A stretch of DNA of 60,744 nt, filler included, from Dugesia japonica (Eukaryota): NCBI GenBank assembly GCA_001938525.1. It is 6 parts of 6 records of this genome, joined end to end, with 100 filler letters (N's around TTAATTAATTAA, not from the genome) between each part and the next. Parts side by side here need not be neighbours in the genome. Positions count along the whole stretch, not along the records: positions 27,996 to 39,240 come from MQRL01634466.1; positions 39,341 to 50,329 come from MQRL01605039.1; positions 50,430 to 60,744 come from MQRL01629449.1; 3 more parts are not named here. The stretch is one strand, 5' to 3'. Below, in pieces: positions 39,131 through 51,194 of this stretch. Within the stretch, counting starts at the first letter, position 1; every line of letters begins with the position of its first letter. The position numbers and the translations under genes are program-made. The notes under the pieces are model-generated. The model was not told the DNA's origin. It searched no databases and saw nothing but the letters and a program-made list of their open reading frames with translations.

Positions 39131-39240
39131 TGATCTGGACCTCCTTGCAATCATTTGGATGGGTTACGTTTCCGTAGCTACTCTTTACCTTTCGTTTCAG
39201 ATTTCATGTCTCATCTCGTGTGAGATCGAAGCGTGTAAAT

Positions 39241-39340
39241 NNNNNNNNNNNNNNNNNNNNNNNNNNNNNNNNNNNNNNNNNNNNTTAATTAATTAANNNN
39301 NNNNNNNNNNNNNNNNNNNNNNNNNNNNNNNNNNNNNNNN
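39241..39340. other. Artificial scaffold linker
   Basis: 44N + TTAATTAATTAA (39285-39296) + 44N. Confidence 0.95.
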
Positions 39341-39401
39341 GTTTTCGCTAAATCCGTAAAATCTCTCGCCATAATTATTACTTGTAATTTTTATTGTTTT
39401 G

Positions 39402-39435
<34 letters not shown>

Positions 39436-39730
39436 CGTTTAGCGAGTCGATACAGGTCCCACGTCATCTCGTGTTCCTCACTGGTGTCTCGGATTTTCTT
39501 AGTTGGGGCTGAGAGACGATTTAACGAAGAATGCACTAAAAGAAAACATCATAATTAACAATTTCATGCATCTTCTTGATATCTGGTTTATCGATAACTA
39601 CATACATCCACTATGACACAAAAATTCGTAAGAACCAAAATTAAGAAATGCTCTTAGTGAATTAAAAGATAGATTGATACTACAAAAGACATTTATTACA
39701 CGAAAATATAAATTTAAAATCCAGAGAACG

Positions 39731-40408
39731 TCAAGAGTTAAGATTTTTATTGTCCGGGGGGGCTGTGTTTTCTGTATCTTCCCCCCCGGAGGGTTCCCTA
39801 ATGCCCCAGATCATATTAGTTTTGAAGGCTTGAAATACCGGTAGGGAAGCTGGAGGTTGGTAGCGGAATTGGGTGGCGTGATTACACTCAGGCCCATTCC
39901 ATTGGCGATAATTAAGACGCTCTCGAAAATTCTGAATGCGAGCGACGGCTGCCTCGACGGGGGGCAAGTTAGATCTATCTACTAAAACCCCTGCATCCAG
40001 GTTGTGTGGGTTGTGGTACCGTCGAAAAATGATTCGCCGCGTTCTCCTATCGACGATTCTCTCCCAAATCGACTCTATATCTATAATTAACAGAAAGGTG
40101 GTTTATAACATTTGACTCTTTTTAAATTACACAATATTGAACACAAGAATGAACAATTAGATTTAATCAGACCGCACATTTATTTTATAAATAAAAGTAA
40201 TTCACAGATTACGCTAGGTTGGCGGACTCTCCGCATATAAATCCACAGGAAGCACTATGGGGAACATCTCTGCAATACAGGCAAGATCCGCCTCGTCTGG
40301 GTATTCCACTTTTCCCTTACTTAATCGGTGGGCGATGAACTGTCTCAAACGAGCAGTTTGCCGACGTCGTTTTATCCATCTAAGAATTCGGTACAACTCG
40401 GTTGCCAT
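39731..40408 (-). pseudogene. Two-exon orphan gene (40408-40213, 40080-39731) with one in-frame TAG
   Basis: GC-richer blocks; 132-nt GTAATC...TTATAG intron with matching phase 1; exon 2 open for 115 codons; AATAAA downstream; TAG one base before the donor. Confidence 0.5.
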
Positions 40409-41508
40409 AAACTAAATGAAAGAGAAAATCAATTTTAGATTCTGATTCACGTTTTTGGTCTCTAACCAAAGGAACACTAGCTACGACCGGACATTACCAA
40501 CTGGAGGACTAGTCCGGACAACACGATTTCAATCTATTGATGTAATTTACTTGCACTCAAGGGTCTTGATAATATTTCTATCCTTTGTAATAAGAGTCTT
40601 AACGATATACTGGTCATTTTCCGAATTTATTAATGATAAAAATTACCAGGAACAGGTTAATAACCCTCATGACGCCAACATGAATTATAATATTAGGGAT
40701 AATGTTACGCACAGTAATACTAATATTAGCAATAACAGGTTAATAATATCTTTAATAATAATAGGGACGATAATTTTAATAATCCCGTTAACTGTTGACT
40801 AATTTCTTAAGTTATCGATAATCAACGTAATAATTATTATTAATCCTGATGGCAAATATGATACCTATATAAATCTTAATCATAATAATAATAACAATAG
40901 TATGAATAATAGTAATAAAATTAATAATAATAATACTAATAATAATAATGATGATGATAATAATAACAATAATGGAAAATAATAATAATAATACTGTTGG
41001 TAATGATAGTGAGCATAATGTTGTTAATTAAAGTACAAACATAGATCAAAACCTTTATGGTATTGTTAATACTATCAGGAATAAGAAAAAAATATAATGC
41101 TAAAGTAAAGCTGTTTATTTTAGAATATCGTCAATGCGGTGTAAAAACCGATTTTTAAATTTTCGCCCTTCCGTTACCATGGTTATTCAATAATTTCTTA
41201 TCTGTCTAAGGTCAATACGTGTGGTGGTGATAACTGTGTGTACAGTGTTGAGTCAACTATCACTATTGAAAATCCATTCTTAGTGTAAAGGTTGCGTGTA
41301 GAAAAAACAGAGTATCTGAAATTAAGTGATTTTATATGTACAAACGATGACATATTGCAACAAAATTTGTGATTCTAATCCTAATGAAAGTTTGGGATAG
41401 AGTGTGTTTCAATTCTCGTGGTTTATGCCATAATAGATCACTCTATTGATGGATACCTGAATTTTTTGGAAAGAAATTTACACTCTTATTCAACTAATAG
41501 TACATAAT

Positions 41509-43003
41509 TGTTAGGAAAAATTTAAAGAACATTAAATTTTTATATTTATCATTTTTAATCATATAAAATACACACAACAGATAATAACAAACATCTCACT
41601 TACTAATAATTTCGGATAACTGCAACGGGAATAGTATGGATAATGAAATTTGACTCGATTGTTTTTTCTTCCTGGCTGACAACTGACACTTTTATTTTCT
41701 AGAATCACTTAATAATTTTGATTAATAAGGTAATAGTTCAATCACGAGAATATTGGATTTTCTGTTGACTAGAATTTTCTTCCTGTTTTAATAATTTCGC
41801 TAAATGTTCGGTAGTTCTCTGACAATTATAAATCGTAAAAATTTCGTTGATTACAAATTTGTTCTTGAAAAATTTGTTTTTTAGTGTTTTTAGAGTTTTT
41901 TTCTTCTAAATTCCATAAGGCTTAAATAGCCTTTTCTGATGCATTTCGGCATCCTTGCCATTGGCTGCTATTTAAAATTTTCTGTTTCCTATTGGTTCTA
42001 ACGCCAATTTTCTAAACTTTTTCTCGAGATTTGGTGCCACGATTGGCAGTTATTTTTAGAGTGACACATGACCATTGTGTCTTTGTTTTATTTATTTTTT
42101 TAGGTCTGCCATTGGTCCAAAATTCAAACCCCTACAGTAGTTCTCCAGATGAGGTTGGAGTTTTGACGTGCCCAATTTTCAATGCCTTGGCTGAGGCTCT
42201 TCTCGGATTTTCTTGAGCACTTTTCGTACACTCGACACGGAGCAAAAATATAAATAAAATGAATTTTAGCCCCAATTTTAATTAATTTTCGTTTAAAATT
42301 AATTGATATTCTTTTGTAATTGTTTTTTCTTTTATTAATTATTTTCTTTTTTAATTTATTTAATTTTCCCGATTATTATAATTAATCCCCTTCATTTTAA
42401 TCCTCTAAATTTCCAGTTTCATTTAACAGTATGCTCCTGATTTTTTTCTTGCTTGATTTTCCATAACTGCTTTTCTTTTATATGTTTCTTCCCGTAATTC
42501 TATTTCTAGTTGTGTATTGAATGATTTACGGTCCCCTTTGATTTTATTTCTCATTCCACTGGGCGTTTCACTCCAACAAATAAACGAACTTTCACCTACA
42601 CGCCTAGTAATTTTTAATCTTTTGGAGTTAGTTAATTTATTGTTAGGTACCTGAGCCCACTAGGATCTAACACTTCGATAATTCCTACATTATGATTTCC
42701 TTCTTTTCAACTAATGAATCAGTTACTTGGCCATCGTTTATTATTTTCCTTGTTCTGATTATCGCTTCTTTACTTTGTTGGCTTTTTTATTTCTTTGTTA
42801 TCTCCTGCTGTAGTTCTAGTTTTTCATCCTTCGCACGAGTTTTGGCCTTCTAATCCAATTTTCTCTTTCATCATTCATCTCTCCAACTAGATTATGCCCT
42901 TCTTGGGTCCGACTTCTTCGTTTTCTTTTCTTATGTAGATTTTTCAAATTTCGTGTTTACTTACGCCATTTTATTTGCCTTAATCTGGTGTTTCACCCCA
43001 ACA
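41509..43003 (-). mobile_element. LTR related to the solo LTR at 9812-11377
   Basis: The reverse complement starts TGTTGGGGTGAAACACCAGATTAAGGCAAA, and homology to 9812 onward starts exactly at that TG; CCAAT cluster at 41960-42120. The left end (TGTTAGG at 41509) is tentative and no TSD was found. Confidence 0.6.
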
Positions 43004-43668
43004 ATTTCGTTAATGTCGAATAAATATGTTATCCAATTTCGAAATTGTATTAGTTATTGAATATCAGGGATTGAATTTAATAAACATTTCTACAAACTAT
43101 ATTCTAATCCTTTAATATATCAAATTGAACTACTATTGTTTCAATAAGAAAACATACAAATGATCTTTTAAAAACCTTAAATTAATAAACTTCGTTTAAA
43201 TTACTCTTTAATCGAAGCGAAACCTGTTTTTCATTCGGACTTCTAAAATTATTTTAAAATTTTATATTTTTCGAACGTTTAATACTGGTTTATATTTTAA
43301 ATATCTTTAAATATTTTCAACGTTATTAGTATTTTTTATTAGTATATCCATGTTCAGTAAAAGAAAGCCTAAATTTGTGTTAACAAATTAAAAATATGAT
43401 AACTGTTTTCTAATGCTTTTAAAATAAATATCACTTTACTGATTTCCTCAACATAATTATATATAATATTTTTTATAGTTAAAATAAAATTAATGATAAA
43501 AATTATTTCATAAAACTTATCGTCATTCAGTTAATTTAGGTTTCATTTGTTTTTCTGATATGTTATGTATTTTTACAAAACATTTAATTTAAATAGCTTA
43601 AATCTTCCAATTTTTATAATTTAATTTTAATACCTTAATTAAATATTTAATTATTTAAAAAAATTATT

Positions 43669-44460
43669 ATGGGAAATACACCAAGTAATACTTCACCACC
43701 GGTACGTCCACCAATGAAAATTCATCAGATANNNNNNNNNNNNNNNNNNNNNNNNNNNNNNNNNNNNNNNNNNNNNNNNNNNNNNNNNNNNNNNNNNNNN
43801 NNNNNNNNNNNNNNNNNGGTGAAAAACTTGAAATTACTGTTCTTAAAATGATCAGTGAATGGAATGGTGCTTTGAGATTTGGGTTTACTACTCATAATCC
43901 AATTGCTATTAATTCACACCCAGAAGGTATTCCCAGATATATGTGCCCGGATTTAATTAAAAGAGGAGGTTCATATGTTGAAACAATTAGTCAAATTTCT
44001 TTAAGAGTAAAAGATCGAATTGTTTATTGGTTGGAACCATGTGGTGAAGTTAGTTTAAAAGTAAATAAAGTGCTGCAGAAATGCCAATTGCATGGTATAA
44101 ATAAAGATGTTTGGCCTGTATTTGACGTTTATGGAAATACTGTTGAAATATCATTTCGTAGTTTAGATGATAACATGGATCTAATTCACACTCCTACGGA
44201 ACCGCGATTTTATTCATCATTGAGATTGTCGCCGTTTACCAGCTAATGTTATTTGGGTTCTATTTATTAATGAAGTAGATCACAGTATTGGAAATAATTT
44301 ATCAATCGCTATTTTAAAAGCTGCCCCTCAAATTAGTCGATTACCTGATAAATTTGGGGATTTTAATCGAGGATTCGGTTGGGTAATTAAAAATGTTTAC
44401 GCTAGAATGATTCCTGGCGATGAATTGGCAATATGTATATTAAATTCGGGAGTTGTTTTG
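43669..44460 (+). CDS. Neuralized-like protein (two NHR domains), partial; gap plus one apparent frameshift near 44237
   Basis: MGNTPS start; GEKLEITVLKMISEWNGALRFGFTTHNP...IPRYMCPDL...VWPVFDVYGNT (NHR1); after a 1-nt shift, LPANVIWVLFINEVD...LPDKF..GWVIKNV..PGDELAICILNSGVVL|GTAAT (NHR2 up to a donor). Confidence 0.75.
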
Positions 44461-44649
44461 GTAATTTATTTTTAATTTTTCCAATAATTTACATTAAAAT
44501 TTTCTAAAATTACTATTTGTGAAACTCATTAAAAAGTCTTATTAAACAAAATAATTTTAAAATAATAATTTTTGACAGAATTTTTTTTTGTTTTAATCGC
44601 TTTCTATTGGCTCAAATTATTAATTAATAATTATTTCCTTATTTCCCCT

Positions 44650-44880
44650 TTATTAAGAAATTTTATAAGTTTTCCAACATTACTTTCTAATCGCTATGCA
44701 TTTTCTCCTTGTTTCCCTCATTGGCTCACATTTATCTGTGAATATCACTTCAAATAAATTGGTAGCTTCTAAACTCTTTGTCTTCTCTTTAGTTGCTGTC
44801 GTCGCTACTTTGATCTTCTGACAAATTTCACAACTACGAACTATCTTCTGTATTTGGCTCCACAAGTTATCTCAATATTT
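44650..44880 (-). mobile_element. Gypsy integrase zinc-finger fragment
   Basis: IQKIVRSCEICQKIKVAT...NLFEVIFTDKCEP. Confidence 0.75.
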
Positions 44881-44970
44881 TTTACAAGACTGCTAAGTAT
44901 TAAAGCCGGCATTGATTTACAAAGGAATCTGAATCACAAAAGTCATATTGAATCGAATCATTGAATATTT

Positions 44971-45951
44971 AAAAGTCTTGTTGAATCAGTTGTATTCTCG
45001 CAATCGGTTGGCATACTCGATCTTGTGTAACTCATCGTCCAACATAGTCTGGGGCTATTTTTTTGATTTATATTGTGAATTGAAGGCCAATTAAATCATT
45101 TACGACCCTTACTCGGTCAATTTCTGCTCTAGGTGAAGGCACTCTGAGCTATAAAACATAAAAAAATGGTATAGCCGATTCAGAACCGGAAATTTTGACC
45201 TGTCAGATCTCGAACAAGTTAAAATCCATACAACTCGGAATTACTCAGCAGGCGATACCCCTTCGACTAAAATATTAAAACAACTAGGGAGGATTCAAAA
45301 GGCTTGGTGCATTATCATCTTACTCCAGAGAACAAGGAAAGGGGATACACAACTAAAGTATCCCTCCTAACCAGATAATAATAATGGCAAATAATGCATC
45401 ATAATGTTGTTATGATCACTAAAATCAATAAGATTTTGGAATCGTAAGTTTTTTAGTAATTAGTTACACAAGATCGAGTCAATAAATTACTATTAATAAA
45501 TTAAAAGTATGTTACGTTTGATTTCAAGTTACTAAAAGTTAAAAGTATTGTTGAATCAGTTGTACCCTCATCATTGGCTTGCATACTCGATCTTGTGTAA
45601 CTCACCATCCAACATGGCCTAAGGCAAAAAATTATTTTCAAGATCTCCACATCCCTCTCGAGTCAATTTCCACTCTTACACACACATCACAACAACATGA
45701 CCTACTTTAAATTAAAACCCTTAGCAACCCGAAAAAATTTTTAAAAATATTTCCATTCACACTCACAGGATCAAAAATATTTTGATCCCAAAAATCTTAG
45801 AAAAAAACCTTTAAAAGATACTGGACCAATCCGAGCCTCCACCCCAAGTGGGTTCAAATTGTGCCAGTGCGCGACTTTCTACCTACTACATCGTTTTTAT
45901 TTATATTGTGAAATAAATGTCAATTAAATAATTCACGACCCTTACTCTGTC
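44971..45951. repeat. Diverged direct repeat (44971-45119 vs 45541-45620 + 45895-45951); second copy split by an insert similar to 48346-48560
   Basis: Shared TTGTTGAATCAGTTGTA..GCATACTCGATCTTGTGTAACTCA and TTTATATTGTGAA..CAATTAAAT.ATT.ACGACCCTTACTC; the insert shares CAAGATCTCCA..TGACCTACTTT..CAGGATCAAAAA..AAAAATCTTAGAAAAAAA with 48346-48560. Confidence 0.7.
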
Positions 45952-46157
45952 GGCACGTTTCAGATACTTTACTTATATATTCACAAATGGACGCTAAAGG
46001 TTTTTTTTTAATATCTGCAGCCAGCTGACGATCGAATTTAGGTAAAAATCTTTCATTTCGCCAAACATGTTTAATATCAACTGAATATTATCGTAATTTA
46101 TGTAGAAATGAGTATGTTTTGCTCGAATTCATCTTAAAAGTCAAGTTGTTTCTTATA

Positions 46158-46744
46158 TTAGGTTGTCACATATGAAATGTCCGATTACGTAATAGACAAT
46201 AAAATCAAAAAAAGTCCAATAAAATCCATCTTTTTTTTCTTTCCAATGCCTTTCAAATGACGGGAAATTGTTTGACTACTAACATCTAACGTTTTACTAA
46301 GTTGTCGTACTGATTGACTAGTGTTAAGTTCCACTTCACGTGTTACATCGTCGTTGCTAATGACAACCCCGGGCGCCTCTCTCTATATTGACCCGGGTTA
46401 AATCACCCTTTTGAAATCTGTCAAACCATCTCCGAAGAGTTATTTCATTAGCTGAACCCTCTCCAAATGCAAAATTAATGTTTCGGGCAGCTTCTGTTGG
46501 GTTATACTTTAATTTCCATTCATATAAAAATAATGTTCGCATTTCCGTATTTTTTAGCTGGTGTTCCATGCTGTCTAAAATAATTTAAATAAATATATTT
46601 TTAAAACAAATATTATATAATGATAATCAAAAGTCCACCTTCAAAATGATACATAAATAAGATCTAAATGTTAAATATTACATAAAAATATATTAGTTTA
46701 AAAAACGAGTTATAAAATCGGACATTTCATATGTGACAACCTAA
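46158..46744 (-). mobile_element. Internally deleted mariner (587 bp)
   Basis: Perfect 29-bp TIRs TTAGGTTGTCACATATGAAATGTCCGATT (46158-46186 and 46716-46744), TA TSDs; N-terminal HTH RTLFLYEWKLKYNPTEAARNINFAFGEGSANEITLRRWFDRFQKGD; catalytic domain missing. Confidence 0.93.
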
Positions 46745-48689
46745 TATTTGATCAATGATAGAATATTTTTTTCTTCTCGTATAACAGAGGCATATATTTA
46801 ATATTGTTGTTCTTTTTAGATAATAGAAACTCTTCACTTCATATATACATCTGTAAAATGTGATTTACCAAGTAAAAAATTACTGGTTTTATTGCAACGG
46901 AATGCTTAATACAACGATTCCAGAGTAGTGGGAAAGGAGGATTCATAAAGGGCTCCAGATTGTATTCTTCTTTTATTCTCTCTGATTTATTTACTATACA
47001 CCTATTCAAANNNNNNNNNNNNNNNNNNNNNNNNNNNNNNNNNNNNNNNNNNNNNNNNNNNNNNNNNNNNNNNNNNNNNNNNNNNNNNNNNNNNNNNNNN
47101 NNNNNNNNNNNNNNNNNNNNNNNNNNNNNNNNNNNNNNNNNNNNNNNNNNNNNNNNNNNNNNNNNNNNNNNNNNNNNNNNNNNNNNNNNNNNNNNNNNNN
47201 NNNNNNNNNNNNNNNNNNNNNNNNNNNNNNNNNNNNNNNNNNNNNNNNNNNNNNNNNNNNNNNNNNNNNNNNNNNNNNAATCCAGGAACCAATAGAAATC
47301 CAAGAATCAATAAAAATCACGGAACCAATATAAATCTATTTAGATAAAAACAGTTGTTGCAATAAATGTTTCTTATTGAGAATAGTTTGTTTTTATTAAT
47401 GAATGCAATATATATGCAACTCATATGCAACTCAGATGCAACACACATACTGGAAATCACATGCCTGGGAAATTTTTTATTAATAAATGCAACTCAAAGG
47501 CAACTCAGACGCAACACACATACACTGAAAAAAACAAGGCTATGAATTTTAGACTGTACATCTCATGCAAAATATAGAGACTCCCCCATCTCATGCAAAA
47601 TAAATTAATTGAATTAAATAAAATTTAATTTATTTAAATTATAATTAAATTAATAAATTATAATTATTATATTAAAAAGATTTCCACCATTAAAATGAAA
47701 AATTTTAAATTTCCAATAAAAAGATTTTTTTTGAAACTCCCGCCAAAAAGATTTTTTTTGAAATTCCCACCAAAAAGTAACAAGACTCTCCTCTTTCCCG
47801 TTCGAAAAATATGAAAATCTACCCTTCCCAGTCAAAAAATACTCAAAAATACATCATTTTTACAAAAATAACATTACTTTCATCTAATTTATCAATTTAA
47901 GCAAAATACAACATTTTTACTCAAAATAAAGATTTCAAACCCTCATGACGTCACACACTCCCGTCAGAAAAATTTCAAATAAATATCCAAAATTCTGATA
48001 ATTAATTGTCTTTCCACACATACCACTGCCCCGCCCAAAAAAATTTTTAAAACTTTTATACTTACAAATATTAACCAATGAAATTAAAGCCCTTAAAATA
48101 AAAAATGAAAGTACATTCGACATACAAAATCTTTTCCATAACATTACCTCTCCAACAACCCATCAACCAACAAAGTCCAACCAACTCACATACCTACAGC
48201 CCTCCAAAAATCATCCCATGATAACTCATACGATTGTGCCCGTAAGTCACCATAGTTGTAGGACAAACCATCCCAATCTCATAAGTCCTTTAGACAATAT
48301 TTAGACCAAATTTTTGTCCAACATCAAAAAAATCTTCAAAACTCCAAAAAAATTATTTCCAAGATCTCCAGCTCCTCCTCCTTCTTTTTTCCACTCTTTC
48401 ACACACACACACAAACTCAACTTGACCTACTTTTTAAAAACCACCTTAACAACCCTCACACACAAATTTTAAAATTTAAAAATACACAAACCACCAGGAT
48501 CAAAAAAAATTTAATCCGATCAAAACATTTTTGATCTCAAAAATCTTAGAAAAAAAACCAACACAAAAATCATGATTAAAAAAACGCAGCTCAAACGTGA
48601 TGTGTTTCCAAACCCCGGTGGGGGGAGGTCCCCCTGCGATAACTGCTTTAAAAAAAAGTGGGGCCGTGCGCCTCCATCTCCATACTCAT

Positions 48690-49870
48690 TTTGTGTACGA
48701 TTTGGTCAATTTTTGGTTGGTTCAGGGGAATTTAGTCAAATATTTTCTCAGGACTTAAAAACTTGGTTAATTATTNGCTCACAAGGGTATTTTATATGTG
48801 AATTTGGTCTAATTTTTCTTCGGGTTTGATCAGTTTGGGCAAACTTAGTCCGTTTTAGGCTATTTGAGGGTGATTTAATTGAATATTTCTTCAGGATTGG
48901 TCAATTTTGGTAGTTTTTGATTGGTTTCAGGTGATTTTTATCCTAAATTTTCACGGTGAGAAAATAAGGTGAGGTCGAATAAGGTAAATTTTTAGTTGGT
49001 TCAGATGAATTTGGTCCAATATTTTCTCATGATTGTTCGGTTTGGGTAATTATTTGGTGAATTGGTCGAATTATTTCTCGGGATTGGTAATTTTTGGGTG
49101 AATTTGATCAATTATTTCCTCGATATTGATTAGTTTGGGCAATTCTTGGAAGATTTAGTCAATTATTTCTTCGGAATGGTTAATTTTGGTCAATTTTGGG
49201 CAATTTGGTGAATTATTTACTTGGTTTGGTTAATGTTGGTCAAATATTTTCTTGGGATTGGAAATTTTTGGGTGAATTCTATCAATTATTTCCTCGAGAA
49301 TGGTTAACATGGTAGATTTAGTCTATTAATTACTTGGTTTAGGTAATATAGGTCAATTATAATCATTGTTTGAGTAATGTCGATCAATTAATTTCTCGGT
49401 ATGGACAAACTTAGGTAATTATTTGCTCACAAGGGTTATTTTTAGGTAACTTATTTTAGGTCAATTATTTACTTGGAAATGGTCAGTTTGGGTAATTTTA
49501 GGGCAAATTGGTCAATTATTTCCTCGGATTTGGTCAATTTGTGTTAGTTTTGAATGATTTGGCGAATTACTTACTCACAGTGGTCATAGTTTAGTTGAGT
49601 TTACCATCATCTAGTTTAGTTTACATTACCTAGTTTAGTTTACCATCATTTAGTTTAGTTTACATTACCTANTGGTCAGATTCTGGTTTACAAAGCTCAG
49701 ATTTTAGCGGACAGTGCTCAGACTTAAGTGGACAGTTCTCAAATTTCAGTGGACAGTGCTCAGACCCTGATGGTTTGGTCAATTATTTATTCATAAGGTA
49801 ATTTTTCGATAATTTGGGGTCATTATTTTCTTGGTAAGGGTAATTTGGTCAATTATTTTATTTAAATTGG
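48690..49870. repeat. Degenerate G/T-skewed satellite (TTTGGTCAATTATTT motif) with nested short tandem repeats
   Basis: Many TTGGTCAAT/TTGGTGAAT variants; TAGTTTAGTTTAC repeats near 49600-49670 and 21-bp GCTCAGA..TAGTGGACAGT repeats near 49695-49765. Confidence 0.75.
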
Positions 49871-50329
49871 TTAGTCTCATATGATAAAAATACAAGTCAC
49901 TCGCGGATATATTAAAAATTAGTTGACCTTAAATAATAAAATGATAATAAATTTTATGTTTGAGAGAAAACTTTAATTTCAATTGAAAATTTCATCAACA
50001 AAGCTGATTTTAGTTAATTAGGGGCAATTATTGCTGATTTTAGTATATTCGGCCAATTTATTATAGTTAATCAGAGGTAATTATTGGTTATTGTTTAGTA
50101 TATTCAGTCAGTTTTCAATGATTTTAGCTGTATAATTTACTCAATGAGATCGATTTTCAGTCTATTATGGTCTATCTGTTAAGACATTTCCTAGAAATAA
50201 TCTATTTGGTAAGGAAATTTCATTAAAAATGGTCAAATTAAAATTTCAACAATAATCGCTTCCCATTGAATAATAACACTTATAGTTATAAGATGATAAA
50301 TAAAAGTAAATAAAGAACAAATGTTTTAA

Positions 50330-50429
50330 NNNNNNNNNNNNNNNNNNNNNNNNNNNNNNNNNNNNNNNNNNNNTTAATTAATTAANNNNNNNNNNNNNNN
50401 NNNNNNNNNNNNNNNNNNNNNNNNNNNNN
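50330..50429. other. Artificial scaffold linker
   Basis: 44N + TTAATTAATTAA (50374-50385) + 44N. Confidence 0.95.
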
Positions 50430-51194
50430 ATTCTATTTAGGATATATTATTTTATAATATTGACTTGGAATTTTGATAATAAAAATATGCCTGAAAGTAT
50501 TAGTTGCGCTATTAAAAATAAATTGCCTTTGTGCGATTTTTCTAACAAGCATAATTGAATATTTTATTAGATTATTTATTAGAATTTAAAATATCGCATA
50601 ATTTTAGAAAATAAACAGATTTCGAAACATAGTAATTGTATGTGTAGGAGTAATTCATAAATGATGCATATCTTGAGAATTTCTTAATTTAATAATTTGG
50701 TATATATTATATAGTATTATATTAAAATTAATTCTTGAAATATTTTTAAAAATTATTTATATTAAATTTATATTATTTATATTGTTTTATTTTATAAACA
50801 AAGTATATAAGACATTTAAAATATAGAATACCTTTTTTATCGAAAGTTCTTTTGTGAAAATTTAAATTGGTTTAAAAAATTTTTATATTGTATTGTAAAA
50901 ACTATTTTTAATAAAAATATCTTTTAAATTATATTAATATTTTTTGAAATATTTATATTACCGATTTTTTAAAAATAATAAAAATTAATTATAAAATTAT
51001 TTTGAAAGACTAGTAAAACAAATATCTTATGTATTTTTTTGAAAATCAATATTTTTAATTATAAAATTTAAAATTCTATGATATGTATAATTTGTTTAAA
51101 TATGATACATTATCCTTACATCTTTTAAACCTTAATAAAACAATTGTGATAGTAAATAAAACTTGTGGAAAATTGTGAAGTTCTCAATTTAACT

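Noticed and set aside
20980-39240. A single virus locus joining the PolB fossil and the ICA/fibre fossil
   Set aside because: They lie on different scaffolds separated by the linker at 27896-27995, so linkage cannot be claimed.
27158-40216. Stop-codon reassignment to explain in-frame TAG/TAA/TGA in orphan genes
   Set aside because: BRAP exons and the 678-aa exchanger have no internal stops under the standard code; the stops are confined to decayed sequences.
46820-47332. Last exon of the Neuralized-like gene
   Set aside because: It has an acceptor and ends in IQEPIEIQESIKITEPI*, but frames before the gap contain stops and no NHR or RING motif is clear.
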